From Solirubrobacteraceae bacterium (GTDB lineage: Bacteria; Actinomycetota; Thermoleophilia; Solirubrobacterales; Solirubrobacteraceae): a stretch of 64,000 nucleotides of DNA. Below the pieces are notes generated by a model. The model made no database searches and was not told the DNA's origin. It saw only the letters and a program-made list of their open reading frames with translations. Positions within the stretch are counted from its first letter, which is position 1. Each line of letters starts with the position of its first letter. The stretch is from the NCBI GenBank assembly GCA_035308915.1, contig DATGFT010000008.1, positions 12,452 through 76,451 of the forward strand, read 5' to 3'. This document shows positions 50,790-60,386 of the stretch, piece after piece. Position numbers and translations under genes: made by a program.

Positions 50790-51350
50790 TCAGCCGGATA
50801 AAGCCCTGGGGGCGACGGAGGCGGGAAGAACCCGGTAGGTGAAGGCGAACACGATCGGCGCGGTGAGGCCGGCCAGGAGGGCGAGCATCCACACGCTCTG
50901 TCCGTGGGTCCCCGCGCCGACCGCGTGCGTGAGCGCGAGCAGGTAGACGACGATCGTGAAGCGGTGCAGCGAACGCCAGGTCCGGGTCCCGATCCGCTTG
51001 CGGACATAGAAGCTCAGCCCGAGGATCAGGGCCAGCCAGCCGGCGATGACGCCGAGGCCCGTGAACAGCGGCCGGTAGCTGAGCGCGAAGGGGAGCGTGA
51101 TCCCCGCCAGCCCGGGGCGAAGATACCCGTCGAGGAGCAGCAGCCCGCCGTGGCCTGCGATCAGGCCGAGGGTCACGAGCGTCGAGGCCTCGTGAAAGTG
51201 CTTGAGCCGAGCCGGCAAGCCCGGCCGGCGGATGACCCGCCCCGACATGGCCAGGCCGAGCGAGACCGCCACGGCCAGGAGCAGCATCGCGATGATGCCG
51301 AGGGCCTGGCTGGCGAACCAGAAGACCTGTTGGCTGGGACTGCCCATCAC
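50790..51350 (-). CDS. Ferric reductase-like (MsrQ-like) diheme transmembrane protein, second paralogue
   Basis: FHE...GH and WRSLH...TH His pairs; shares PGL.GIT.PFAL.YRPLFTGLG with 41628-42257. Confidence 0.85.
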   Translation of the reverse strand: MMGSPSQQVFWFASQALGIIAMLLLAVAVSLGLAMSGRVIRRPGLPARLKHFHEASTLVTLGLIAGHGGLLLLDGYLRPGLAGITLPFALSYRPLFTGLGVIAGWLALILGLSFYVRKRIGTRTWRSLHRFTIVVYLLALTHAVGAGTHGQSVWMLALLAGLTAPIVFAFTYRVLPASVAPRALSG

Positions 51351-51613
51351 GGCAGGGTCACGCCGGCGGAGGTGCGAGTGGTGATCGGCGCCGCGATATG
51401 GGTGGCGTGGCGGCTCGCCACGTTCACCACCCGGGCCCCCGCACCCGCGGTCGCGACCGCCACCGCGTGCTTGGTGAGCGCGTTGATGTAAAGAAGCGAG
51501 AACGGCAGCCAGGCAGCGAGGAGCGCGGCTACCGCTACACCCAATAGCGTCCGGTAGAGCTGGGGGCGGCGACGGCGAGTCGCGGGAGGATTGGTTGAAG
51601 CTTGGTCAGTCAT
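51347..51613 (-). CDS. Small membrane-anchored protein ending PITTRTS
   Basis: ATG overlapping the upstream stop region, one TM helix, C-terminal APITTRTSAGVTLP; coupled to the cytochrome gene. Confidence 0.6.
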   Translation of the reverse strand: MTDQASTNPPATRRRRPQLYRTLLGVAVAALLAAWLPFSLLYINALTKHAVAVATAGAGARVVNVASRHATHIAAPITTRTSAGVTLP

Positions 51614-51800
51614 TGGAGTGATCCGGCGCCGGCAACGGCGCGATCGCCTGGTTCGAGCTGGTGGGCGGTGCGGTTTGAGCCGCAGCGGGTGCCGCCACGG
51701 GCGTCGTGTTGGCATGGGCGGCGAGGCCGGCACCCGAGACGCCGGCCAGGAACAGAGCCGTCACCGCGGCGGCGAGTCTGATGCGGAGCTTGTCGGTCAT
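51606..51800 (-). CDS. Small exported peptide with DHSND tail
   Basis: Signal-like MTDKLRIRLAAAVTALFLAG, Pro/Ala linker. Confidence 0.55.
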   Translation of the reverse strand: MTDKLRIRLAAAVTALFLAGVSGAGLAAHANTTPVAAPAAAQTAPPTSSNQAIAPLPAPDHSND

Positions 51801-51869
51801 AGCGAGAGAGCTGGCCCGGGATGCGATGGGCGGGTCGGGTGGCCGCCCACCGCGTCCGGGTCCTTGTCA

Positions 51870-52088
51870 TCAGCGGCCGCTTGAAGCGTCAAAGCTCGGG
51901 CGGTCGATCGATCGGCTGCGATCACGTGAGCGATCGACGTGCCGAGCTCCGCTCGGGTCTCGAGAGCGGTCGACGTGCACCGCCCGAGAGGACTGGTGTG
52001 GGCCGGCCGCGGCGACCGCCGCGACGGGTGCAGCAGCAAAGCTCAGCGCAGCGATTGAGCCGGCGACGGCGAGGGTCCTGGTTTTCAT
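51870..52088 (-). CDS. Small secreted peptide with HVDRSRD repeats
   Basis: aaaggag RBS, signal peptide MKTRTLAVAGSIAALSFAAAPVAAVA, HVDRSRD twice. Confidence 0.65.
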   Translation of the reverse strand: MKTRTLAVAGSIAALSFAAAPVAAVAAAGPHQSSRAVHVDRSRDPSGARHVDRSRDRSRSIDRPSFDASSGR

Positions 52089-52165
52089 CGGGTCTCCTTT
52101 GTGAGGATTGGCGCCCGCTTGCCGCGTGGCGCGTTTGCATTGACGTCGTTCAGCTTGGAGCGAGT

Positions 52166-52206
52166 TGTCAAGAGCGCGGTAAGCCGCGATTCAAAAGCGG
52201 CTTACC
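52166..52206. promoter_or_regulatory. Inverted/direct repeat operator in the divergent promoter of the second module
   Basis: ggtaagccgc (52178-52187) / gcggcttacc (52197-52206); gtcaag and ggtaag lie 11 bp apart. Confidence 0.45.
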
Positions 52207-52246
52207 CCTGACGACTTCCGCCCTGAGAGCCCATAAAGTCGGCTCT

Positions 52247-52924
52247 ATGCGGGTTCTTTTGATCGAAGACGAGCGGACCCTGGCCAGCTTCATCGAGCAG
52301 AGCCTGCGCGCCGAGGGCTACGCGGTGACCGTCCGCCACGACGGTCCGGCGGGCGAGGCGGCCGCGCTCACCGGGGACTACGCGTTGGTTTTGCTCGACC
52401 TCACGCTTCCGGGCCGGGATGGACTCGACGTGCTGCGGGCGATCCGGAGCCGGCTGCCCGAGCTGCCGGTGATCGTCCTCACCGCGCGAGCCGCGGTTGA
52501 GCAGAGGGTCGAGGGGCTTGACCGCGGCGCCAACGATTACGTGACCAAGCCGTTTTCGCTGGAGGAGCTCCTGGCCCGCGTTCGGGCTCAGCTGCGCTCC
52601 CCGGATCAGCGGGAGTCCTCGGTGCTCGACGCGGCCGGGATCCACATGGACCTGCGCACCCGCCGCGTGCAGCGTGATGGTCACGAGGTGCAGCTCACGG
52701 CGCGCGAGTTCGAGGTCCTGGCCTACCTGATGCGCCACCCCGACCAGGTGCTGTCCCGGGAGCAGATCCTGAACGCGGTCTGGGGCTTTGACTTCGACCC
52801 CGGGACCAAGGTGCTCGAGGTCTACATCGGCTACCTGCGCCGCAAGCTCGGCGCGGATCACGGGAGCGAGGCGATCGAGACCGTCCGCAACGTCGGCTAC
52901 CGCCTGCGGGTCCCGGGTGCCTGA
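52247..52924 (+). CDS. OmpR/PhoB family response regulator (CusR/CopR-like)
   Basis: MRVLLIEDE, LLDLTLP, GANDYVTKPF, EVYIGYLRRKL. Confidence 0.92.
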   Translation: MRVLLIEDERTLASFIEQSLRAEGYAVTVRHDGPAGEAAALTGDYALVLLDLTLPGRDGLDVLRAIRSRLPELPVIVLTARAAVEQRVEGLDRGANDYVTKPFSLEELLARVRAQLRSPDQRESSVLDAAGIHMDLRTRRVQRDGHEVQLTAREFEVLAYLMRHPDQVLSREQILNAVWGFDFDPGTKVLEVYIGYLRRKLGADHGSEAIETVRNVGYRLRVPGA

Positions 52925-54428
52925 GCGCCGTCTGCCCGGGGGCCTGCGCGCGCAGCTGGCGCTCGCGATCTCGCTCGTCACCCTGATCGCCGTGGTCGCG
53001 ACCTTCCTGGCGCTCTACAGCGGCACCAGCTCCCGCCTCCGTGCGCAGGTCGACTCCGAGTTGAGAACGCAGCGCTTGGAGTGGCGCCAGTCCACCGCTG
53101 GAGTGAACCTCGCCACCCCTGGCGCGGTGCAGCGCGCCGGGTCACGTTTCATCGCCGCGCAGCGCTACCACGCCGAGTCGCTGGTGATCGTCATTCAGGC
53201 CCTGGGCGGCCACGCGGTCAGCAACAACGAGGAGGTCCTCGCCCGCGAGGGGGCGCGGGAACGGAGCTCGTCCGACGCGACCGGACTCCTGGACGCTCCA
53301 CTCGGCTTCGTCGACGCCTCGGTCGCCGAGGCCGGGAGGATGCGGGTGCTCAGTGCGGCCATCCTGTATGCCGGGCGACGAGTTGGGACGCTGCGCGTGG
53401 CGAACCCGCTGACGCCGGTGCAGCAGGCCCAGTCAAGCCTCCGGCGCACCTTCGTGATCGTCGGTGCGCTCGCGCTCGTGCTTGCGCTGGGCGTCGGGCT
53501 GGCGTTGGCGCACGTGATCGCAGCTCCGCTGCGGCGGATGGCTCGGGTCGCCGCGGCGGTCAACGCCGGCGAGCTGTCGCTGCGAACCGGACCGATCGCC
53601 GGCCATGGCGAGGTCGGGATCCTGGCCGACGCCTTCGACCGCATGCTCGAGCGGCTCCAGGGGGCGTTCACGCGCCAGCGGGATTTCGTGTCCGATGCCT
53701 CGCACGAGCTGCGGACCCCCCTCGCGGTGCTACGGGCCCAGGTGGAGCTCCTCGATCGGGAGACCGACGTGCGGCGCCGGCACGAGGCGACCGTCACGCT
53801 GCTGCGGCGGTTGGACGAGCTCGATCGCCTGGTGGCGGACATGCTCACGCTGGCCAGCGCTGAGGCGGGCCAGCTGGTTGAACCGCGGACGATCGATCTC
53901 GATGAGTTCTTCGAGGACCTCCGACGCGATCTCCCGCTGTTCGGCGAGCGCGACTTCCAGCTCCAGGCCGTCCCCGGGACGCTTCACGCCGACCCCGACC
54001 GTCTCACCCAGGTGTTGCGCAACCTGGTTCGAAACGCTGTCACCCATACCGGGCCGGGCGATCGCGTACTCGTCACCGCCCGCCCCCACGACGGGTGGCT
54101 ACAGATCACGGTCAGCGACACCGGGCCGGGCATCCCTCCGGAGGAGCTCGAGCGAATCTTCGAGCGCTTTCGCCGCCTGGATGGGAGCCGCTCGCGGGAT
54201 ACCGGCGGGAGCGGCCTCGGGTTGGCGATCGCGCGCGCGATCACCGAGGCGCACGGCGGGAGCATCCGAGCCGAGTCGAGGCCCGGCGGCGGCGCGAGCT
54301 TCCGGATCGATCTCCCCGGCTACAGCCCGTCCGCGCCGTCGTCCGGCGGACGTTATTCAGCCACCTTCGGGGACGCGGCCCGGGTCGACGCGGAGCGAGA
54401 AGCCGCACAGCCACAGCGCCGCGATTGA
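52917..54428 (+). CDS. HAMP sensor histidine kinase
   Basis: FVSDASHELRTPL, NLVRNA, DTGPG, GSGLGL. Confidence 0.9.
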   Translation: MPERRLPGGLRAQLALAISLVTLIAVVATFLALYSGTSSRLRAQVDSELRTQRLEWRQSTAGVNLATPGAVQRAGSRFIAAQRYHAESLVIVIQALGGHAVSNNEEVLAREGARERSSSDATGLLDAPLGFVDASVAEAGRMRVLSAAILYAGRRVGTLRVANPLTPVQQAQSSLRRTFVIVGALALVLALGVGLALAHVIAAPLRRMARVAAAVNAGELSLRTGPIAGHGEVGILADAFDRMLERLQGAFTRQRDFVSDASHELRTPLAVLRAQVELLDRETDVRRRHEATVTLLRRLDELDRLVADMLTLASAEAGQLVEPRTIDLDEFFEDLRRDLPLFGERDFQLQAVPGTLHADPDRLTQVLRNLVRNAVTHTGPGDRVLVTARPHDGWLQITVSDTGPGIPPEELERIFERFRRLDGSRSRDTGGSGLGLAIARAITEAHGGSIRAESRPGGGASFRIDLPGYSPSAPSSGGRYSATFGDAARVDAEREAAQPQRRD

Positions 54429-56774
54429 CACCGCGCTGGCGATGAGTGCCGTGGCGAGCATCCCCAGCCCCGGCGTCGTCAGAGCGAAGAAGCTGCGCGC
54501 CCAGGGCAGGAGCAGCGCCAGGACGTAGAGGACCGCCATCACCGCGCACATGCCTCCCACCAGCGCCGAGCGGCGCAGTGAGCCGCCGGACTCGAGCGCC
54601 ATGACCAGGTAGAGGCCGCTGGCCACCAGCGTCGTCAGGGCGACGGTCCGAGCATCGGGGACCGAGAGATCGAGGTCGTGCCGGGCGAACAGATAACCCG
54701 CCACCACGCCGGTACCAACCACGAAGCCCGCCGGAACCGCGAACCGGGCCACCGAGCGTGTGAACCCCTCCGGCCGCCACGCGCCACTGCTCGGCGCCAG
54801 GGCCAGGAAGAACGTCGGGATCCCGATGGTCAGCGTCGCCGCCAGCGACAGGTGGCGGGGCAGGAGCGGATAGGCGTCCGAGCTCGTGCCGATGGTCAGG
54901 ATGAGGAACGCGGCGAAGGCTGACTTGGTGACATAGAGCTTGGCCACGCGCTGGAGGTTGCGCAGCGCGCGCCGTCCCTCGGCCACGAGCGGCGGCACGG
55001 TGCCGAAGTCGCCCGAGATGAGCACGAGGTCTGACACGCTGCGCGCCATCTGGGTCCCACTGCCCTGTGCGATGGCGAGTCGCGAGCTCTTGAGGGCGGG
55101 CACGTCGTTGACCCCGTCACCGACCATGGCCACGTAGCGTCCCTGCTGCTTCAGCGCTTCCACGATCGCGCGTTTGCCCTCGGGGGAGATCCGGCCGATG
55201 ACCGTAGCCTCCCGGGCGAAGGCCAGGCGCGAGGCTGGGTCCTCGGGTATTGACGCGCCGTCGTGCACCCCAGCCACCCGGATGCCGACGTCTCCGGCGA
55301 TCGCCGCGGCGGTTCTCGGGTCATCGCCTGAGAGAACCTTGATCTCCACCTCCTGCTGGCGCAGGAAGGCGACGGTGTCGCTGACCCCGGGCCGAAGCTC
55401 CTCCGCGAGCACGACCAGACCGAGCGGTTCAAGGTCAGAGGGAGGGACCTCACGCGGCTCCCCGCTGAGCGGCTCAGCGCTGCGCGCGAAGGCGAGAACC
55501 CGGCGTCCCTCACGCTGATGACGCTCGGCCACGGTCGCCAGCGCACCCACCGGCACCCGGCCCGGAGCGCCGAGATACAGCGTCCCGCCTGCGAACTGCG
55601 CCGCGCTCCAGCGCCGGCGGCTTGAGAAGGGAACCTCGGCCAGCGGACTCTGCGGCTCGCCCGGGTAGGCCGCCGCGATCGCCTCGAGGGTGAGGTTCCG
55701 GGACGATGCGCTCGCAGCCAACGTGGCCAGCCCGGCCGTCAACTCGTCCTCCCGCTCGCCCTCAGCGGGGACGGCGTCGACGACGCGCAGCCTGGCGTCG
55801 GTCAGGGTCCCCGTCTTGTCCACGCAGATCGTGTCGACCGAGGCGAGTGACTCGATCGCGTTCAGCTGCTGGGCCAGCACCCCACGGCGTGACATCCGGA
55901 CCGCGGCGGCCGCGTAGGTCAGGCTCACCAGCACCATCAGGCCCTCCGGAACCAGCGTCACCACGCCTGCTGACGAGGTCGCCACCGCCGTGTGAGCGCT
56001 GACGTGCCGGTGATACAGGGAGTAGCCGAGGAGCGCCCCAAGTCCTGCGACCAGTCCGACCAGCGCGTAGAGGAGCCGATTGACCGCCCGCTCGAGCGGC
56101 GAGCGGGGATGACGGAACGAACGCGCGGTACCGGTGACGCGAGCGGCAAAGCTCTCCTCGCCGATCGCCGTGACCCGGTAGGCCGCGGTGCCCTCGACGA
56201 CGAACGCCCCGGAGAGCACCGTGTCCCCGCTGGCGTGATGCACCGGCTCAGACTCGCCGCTGAGAATCGATTCGTCGAGCTGGAGGTCCGTGGCGGTGAG
56301 GAGCGTCCCGTCGGCGATCACCTGGTCGCCGGGGCGCAGGAGCACGACGTCATCCACGACGACCTCATCGATCGGCACGTTGTGCTCCTGCCCGTCGCGC
56401 CGCACCGTCGCCCGCGGGGCGACGAGCAGAGATAGGCGGTCGAGCGCGCGCTTTGCCCGGACCTCCTGCGTGATCCCGATCGCCGAGTTCGCGACGATGA
56501 CGCCGAGGAAGAGGGCGTCACGCGCGTCGCCGAAGGCCAGCGTCACCCCGCCGAACGCGGCCAGGATGAGGTTGAAGACCGTGAAGACGTTGGCGCGGAC
56601 GATGCTTGCGTAGGAACGGCCCGTCTTTCGCCTGCGCCGGTCACGCCGCCCCGCGAGGCGCTGGGCGGCCTCGGCTTCGGTCAGCCCTGCGGCGGTGCGC
56701 TCGGGGTGCAGCAGCGACTCGCCGGGCTTCTCTGTTTGGGGCTGGGGGACGGTGGTGATGTCTTGGGCTCGCAT
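54357..56774 (-). CDS. Cation-transporting P-type ATPase, CtpE-like
   Basis: DESILSGES, VPEGL, DKTGTLT, SGD, GDGVND, LTIGIP. Confidence 0.88.
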   Translation of the reverse strand: MRAQDITTVPQPQTEKPGESLLHPERTAAGLTEAEAAQRLAGRRDRRRRKTGRSYASIVRANVFTVFNLILAAFGGVTLAFGDARDALFLGVIVANSAIGITQEVRAKRALDRLSLLVAPRATVRRDGQEHNVPIDEVVVDDVVLLRPGDQVIADGTLLTATDLQLDESILSGESEPVHHASGDTVLSGAFVVEGTAAYRVTAIGEESFAARVTGTARSFRHPRSPLERAVNRLLYALVGLVAGLGALLGYSLYHRHVSAHTAVATSSAGVVTLVPEGLMVLVSLTYAAAAVRMSRRGVLAQQLNAIESLASVDTICVDKTGTLTDARLRVVDAVPAEGEREDELTAGLATLAASASSRNLTLEAIAAAYPGEPQSPLAEVPFSSRRRWSAAQFAGGTLYLGAPGRVPVGALATVAERHQREGRRVLAFARSAEPLSGEPREVPPSDLEPLGLVVLAEELRPGVSDTVAFLRQQEVEIKVLSGDDPRTAAAIAGDVGIRVAGVHDGASIPEDPASRLAFAREATVIGRISPEGKRAIVEALKQQGRYVAMVGDGVNDVPALKSSRLAIAQGSGTQMARSVSDLVLISGDFGTVPPLVAEGRRALRNLQRVAKLYVTKSAFAAFLILTIGTSSDAYPLLPRHLSLAATLTIGIPTFFLALAPSSGAWRPEGFTRSVARFAVPAGFVVGTGVVAGYLFARHDLDLSVPDARTVALTTLVASGLYLVMALESGGSLRRSALVGGMCAVMAVLYVLALLLPWARSFFALTTPGLGMLATALIASAVSIAALWLCGFSLRVDPGRVPEGG

Positions 56775-56934
56775 CGTTGAATGTGCGACCGACCCCGCAA
56801 TCAGTTCGCCTTCCCCGGCCGCACCCAGGGTAGATCGTCCCACTGCCGGCGCTCGAGGTCGAGGGTCCCCTCGCGAGCCGACGTCGAGCGCCGCCAACCG
56901 GCGACCGATGGCCGCCGGCTGGCGCGCCGAACTC

Positions 56935-57303
56935 TCACGTGGCAATCGGCCGCCGGGGTGGCGTATGCCGATGCCTGGTCACCTGGGCGTGGCGCACGGT
57001 CGTAATCGCCCACATGACCACCATGTCGGCCACAAGGAGCGACAGCGGGGTCAGGGACCCCGAGATCAGCGCGAGCACCGCGAGCACGAATGCGGCGCCA
57101 CCCAGAACGCTGAACAGCGCCGAGGTGGTGCGATTCGCACCCACCGAGCAGGCTCCGATCCCGAGGGCCAGGATCACCGCTGCGGCCCAGCGATGGCTAT
57201 CGCCGATCAGTGGGATGTTCCAGGCCTCATGGGTTGCCAGGAAGGCAAGCACGGCTAGGCCGACAAGGCCGGTCGCCACTGCGTCTTTACGCGTGAGCGT
57301 CAT
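56935..57303 (-). CDS. Small 4-TM membrane protein
   Basis: aggagg RBS, hydrophobic 122 aa. Confidence 0.65.
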   Translation of the reverse strand: MTLTRKDAVATGLVGLAVLAFLATHEAWNIPLIGDSHRWAAAVILALGIGACSVGANRTTSALFSVLGGAAFVLAVLALISGSLTPLSLLVADMVVMWAITTVRHAQVTRHRHTPPRRPIAT

Positions 57304-57452
57304 TTGGTGCCTCCTTTCCTTGCCACAAGCCTCGTACGGATCCCTGGGTCAGGCATCCGGGTGCTCGAGCCGCTCCAGTGCGGCGTTTCCTGGCTGAGAC
57401 TGCGGCTCGGTGCGGATGCGGCGAGCGGCGTCAGCTGCCTGTGGGCTGCGGA

Positions 57453-57845
57453 TCAGCCGCCGCCCAGCGGGAGCTCGAACCGTGGCAGGTCTGTAGCCGG
57501 GGTCTGGAATCCGCCGCGGGAGCCGAAGTTCGAGAACACGCGCGTGTCGTGCGGGAAATTGCCGGTGAAGATCGTGGCGCGCGACGGACAGCAGAGCGAA
57601 TCCGCGACGAAGTAGTGGCTAAACGTCTCACCGCGGCGCTCGAGCGCGACGACGTGCGGCATGTAGCGCCGGTTGACGAGACTCCAGTCGAGATCGTCGG
57701 TCAGGACGAACACGATGTTCGGGCGCGGATCGGGCGCCGTGCGTCCGAGCTTCTTGCCGTGGTGTGGGGCGGATGTGGTGAGCAGGACAAGCGTGACCGC
57801 AAGGGCGCCGAGCACGACGACGAGCGCTGGCGCTCGAGCGTTCAT
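57453..57845 (-). pseudogene. Truncated sulfatase (N-terminal remnant)
   Basis: Signal/TM, PNIVFVLTDD and CCPSRATIFTG (CxPxR), then stop after about 130 aa. No continuation recognised in other frames. Confidence 0.7.
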
Positions 57846-58010
57846 GCGCGAGGTGGGGAGGCCGGCCGTCCGGTATGCGCTCTGTCAAACACCATTGGGC
57901 AGCACCAATATTTGAACGGGCGTCGTCTGGGCTGCATCCGTGGCGAGTACTCGCGTGAATCGGTAATCACCGCGGCAGCCGCGGGTGCGGAGGGCTGGGA
58001 TATTTCGGTG

Positions 58011-58658
58011 ATGGCGTTTCTGCGACCTGCAATCCTCGTTACTGCGGGAGTGGTCGGGGCCTATCTCGCTCGCCTACGCCGTCCTGTTCTCACCTGGGGC
58101 GCAACGCCGGAGGAGGCGGATGCGCGGCTACCGGGCGATGAGCTGCTCGAGCCGGCGGACGGGGTGGCGACCCGCGCGATCGAGATCCGGGCGCCCGCCT
58201 CCGCCGTGTGGCCGTGGCTGGTTCAGATGGGCCCGGCACCGCGGGCCGGTGCCTACACGTACGACTGGATCGAGAACCTGCTCGGGCTGAACATGCACAG
58301 CGCGGATGAAGTGCTGCCCGAGTTCCAGCATCCGAGTGTCGGCGACACGATCGGCTACGGCAAGAACAAGATGCGAGTTGAGCGGATCGAGCCTGAGCGC
58401 GTGCTCGCCTGGCGCTCCGAGGACGGCAACTGGGTCTGGAGCTTCATCCTCCACGAACAGGACGGCGTAACGCGGCTCATCAGCCGCAACCGGTTTCGCC
58501 TGCCGACGTTGGCCGCGCGAATCGGAATGCTGCCGATGGAGCCCGCGTCGCTCTTGATGGAGCGAAAGATGCTTCAGGGGATCAAGGAGCGCGCCGAGCG
58601 GCTCGCCGCGACGGGCGGCGCGGTGCCCGGCGCGAGCCACGAAGCCGCCCAGCCATGA
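58011..58658 (+). CDS. SRPBCC family protein
   Basis: WGATPEE...LPGDEL, TRAIEIRAP..VWPWLVQMG, YTYDWIEN, MERKMLQGIK. Confidence 0.8.
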   Translation: MAFLRPAILVTAGVVGAYLARLRRPVLTWGATPEEADARLPGDELLEPADGVATRAIEIRAPASAVWPWLVQMGPAPRAGAYTYDWIENLLGLNMHSADEVLPEFQHPSVGDTIGYGKNKMRVERIEPERVLAWRSEDGNWVWSFILHEQDGVTRLISRNRFRLPTLAARIGMLPMEPASLLMERKMLQGIKERAERLAATGGAVPGASHEAAQP

Positions 58659-59275
58659 GCACGACCAAGGTCGATATGAAACGTGAATTGCCCGACCTGT
58701 ACCGGCCGGGAACGAAGCCGAGGCTCGTCGATGTGCCTGAGCTGGGGTTCATCATGGTCGACGGCCACGGCGACCCGAATACCGCGCCGGCCTATTCCGA
58801 TGCGATCCAAGCGCTCTACGCCGTCGCTTACACGGTGAAGTTCGCTGTCAAGCGCTCGCCGGACGGGGTCGACTTCGCGGTAATGCCGCTGGAGAGCCTG
58901 TGGTGGAGCGACGACGACGCGAGCTTCACCGGAGGCGAGAAGGGGGCCTGGAGCTGGACCGCGATGATCATGCAGCCCGAACCCGTATCGGGTGAGATCG
59001 TGGCGGACGCCATTCGAGTGGTCGAGCAGAAGAAGTCGCTGCCGTCGCTTGCGGCGTTGCGCTACGAGCGCTTCACCGAGGGACTCGCCGCCCAGGTCAT
59101 GTACGTCGGCCCCTACAGCGACGAAGGTCCCACGATCGCCGCCCTGCATGGCTTCATCGCCGATCAGGGGCTTGAGCTTGCGGGCAAGCACCATGAGATC
59201 TACCTTGGGGATCCCCGGCGAACCGCGCCCGCGCGTCTGAAAACGGTGATTCGACAGCCGGTGAGGCAACCCTGA
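58655..59275 (+). CDS. GyrI-like small-molecule-binding domain protein
   Basis: MVDGHGDPN, VMPLESLWW, GPYSDE, HHEIYLGDPRR. Confidence 0.82.
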   Translation: MSTTKVDMKRELPDLYRPGTKPRLVDVPELGFIMVDGHGDPNTAPAYSDAIQALYAVAYTVKFAVKRSPDGVDFAVMPLESLWWSDDDASFTGGEKGAWSWTAMIMQPEPVSGEIVADAIRVVEQKKSLPSLAALRYERFTEGLAAQVMYVGPYSDEGPTIAALHGFIADQGLELAGKHHEIYLGDPRRTAPARLKTVIRQPVRQP

Positions 59276-59285
59276 GGAGCGCCAC

Positions 59286-59558
59286 ATGACCTTCTCCACT
59301 GAACAAGCACGCAGCATCGGCGAGCGGATCGGGATCGATTGGCAGAGCTCGCCCTTCGACGTCGAGCAGTTCCGAATGGGTCTCGAGGTGGAGCTCGAGC
59401 ACGGCCGACGGGATCCCGACACCAACGTCAGCGACGACGACGAGATCACCACCGGAAAGATCGCCCGCGCCCACCTCAACGAATTCCCCGACTACTACAC
59501 GCGGCTGGCGAAGATGGAGGCCGAAGCCGAGGAGTACTGGGCGGAGCGGCCGAGGTAG
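59286..59558 (+). CDS. DUF5661-like small protein
   Basis: FRMGLEVELEHG and KIARAHLNEFPDYYTRLAKME; gaggag RBS. Confidence 0.7.
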   Translation: MTFSTEQARSIGERIGIDWQSSPFDVEQFRMGLEVELEHGRRDPDTNVSDDDEITTGKIARAHLNEFPDYYTRLAKMEAEAEEYWAERPR

Positions 59559-59570
59559 GGGCGGGGCCGC

Positions 59571-59623
59571 CCCCGGAACCGCGCGGAGCGTCCCCGGAAC
59601 CGCGCGGAGCGTCCCCGGAACCG
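59571..59623. repeat. 21-bp intergenic tandem repeat, about 2.5 copies
   Basis: Unit ccccggaaccgcgcggagcgt. Confidence 0.9.
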
Positions 59624-59655
59624 ATACATCTCGACGGCAAGTTTGCCGATACTGA

Positions 59656-60386
59656 TGGGCGTGCGAGGAGTTCGTCTCTCGATCCTGATCGGGCTCGCGG
59701 TGTTGGGCACAAGCTGCGGCAGCCAGCAGGCGGCCACCCACTCAGGCCATAACGCCGCAGCGCAAGCCACGCCGGCAATCCCTCAGGCCCACCCGCAGGT
59801 GGTGCAGCCGGTGGCCGGCCAGGTCAGCCAGGCCGCAGCCGGAGGGGAGGCGGCCGCCGCCGGGCCCGCGGTCGCGAGTGTTGGCCCCGTCGCCGGTCAG
59901 CTCGCCCAGCCAGTCTCCAACGCCGCGATCCGCCAGCAGCTCGCGGACAGCGGCCTCACCGCCAATCCGAACCAGGCCACGCTGACCCCGGACGGCCTGG
60001 CCATCCCGCCGCTTGACGCGCCGCCGGCGGTTCAGGAGGTGATCCAGGCCGGCAACGAGATCGCCCACCTGCCCTACCGCTGGGGTGGGGGGCACGTGAC
60101 CTACGAGGACACGGCCTACGACTGCTCGGGATCGATCAGCTTCGTCTTCCAGGCGGCGCACCTGCTGCGCGGCTCAGTCGTCTCCGGGAGCCTGATGAAC
60201 TGGGGTGCGCCGGGACCCGGGAAGTGGATCACGGTGTTCGCCAACGCCGGCCATACGTTCATGTACGTGGCCGGCCTTCGCTTCGACACGGTCGCCCTGG
60301 CTGAGACGGGCGATCGGTGGTCGACCCGCTCGGCCAACGAATCCGGCCTCAGCAGCTTCGCCGTCCGGCATCCGCCTGGGTTGTAG
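59656..60386 (+). CDS. Exported (possibly lipo-) protein with NlpC/P60-like C-terminal domain
   Basis: LAVLGTSC leader; PYRWGGGH, YDCSG, GHTFM catalytic Cys/His motifs. Confidence 0.7.

Noticed and set aside
59571-59623. 21-bp repeats as a CRISPR array
   Set aside because: Units are contiguous with no unique spacers, and there are no cas genes.
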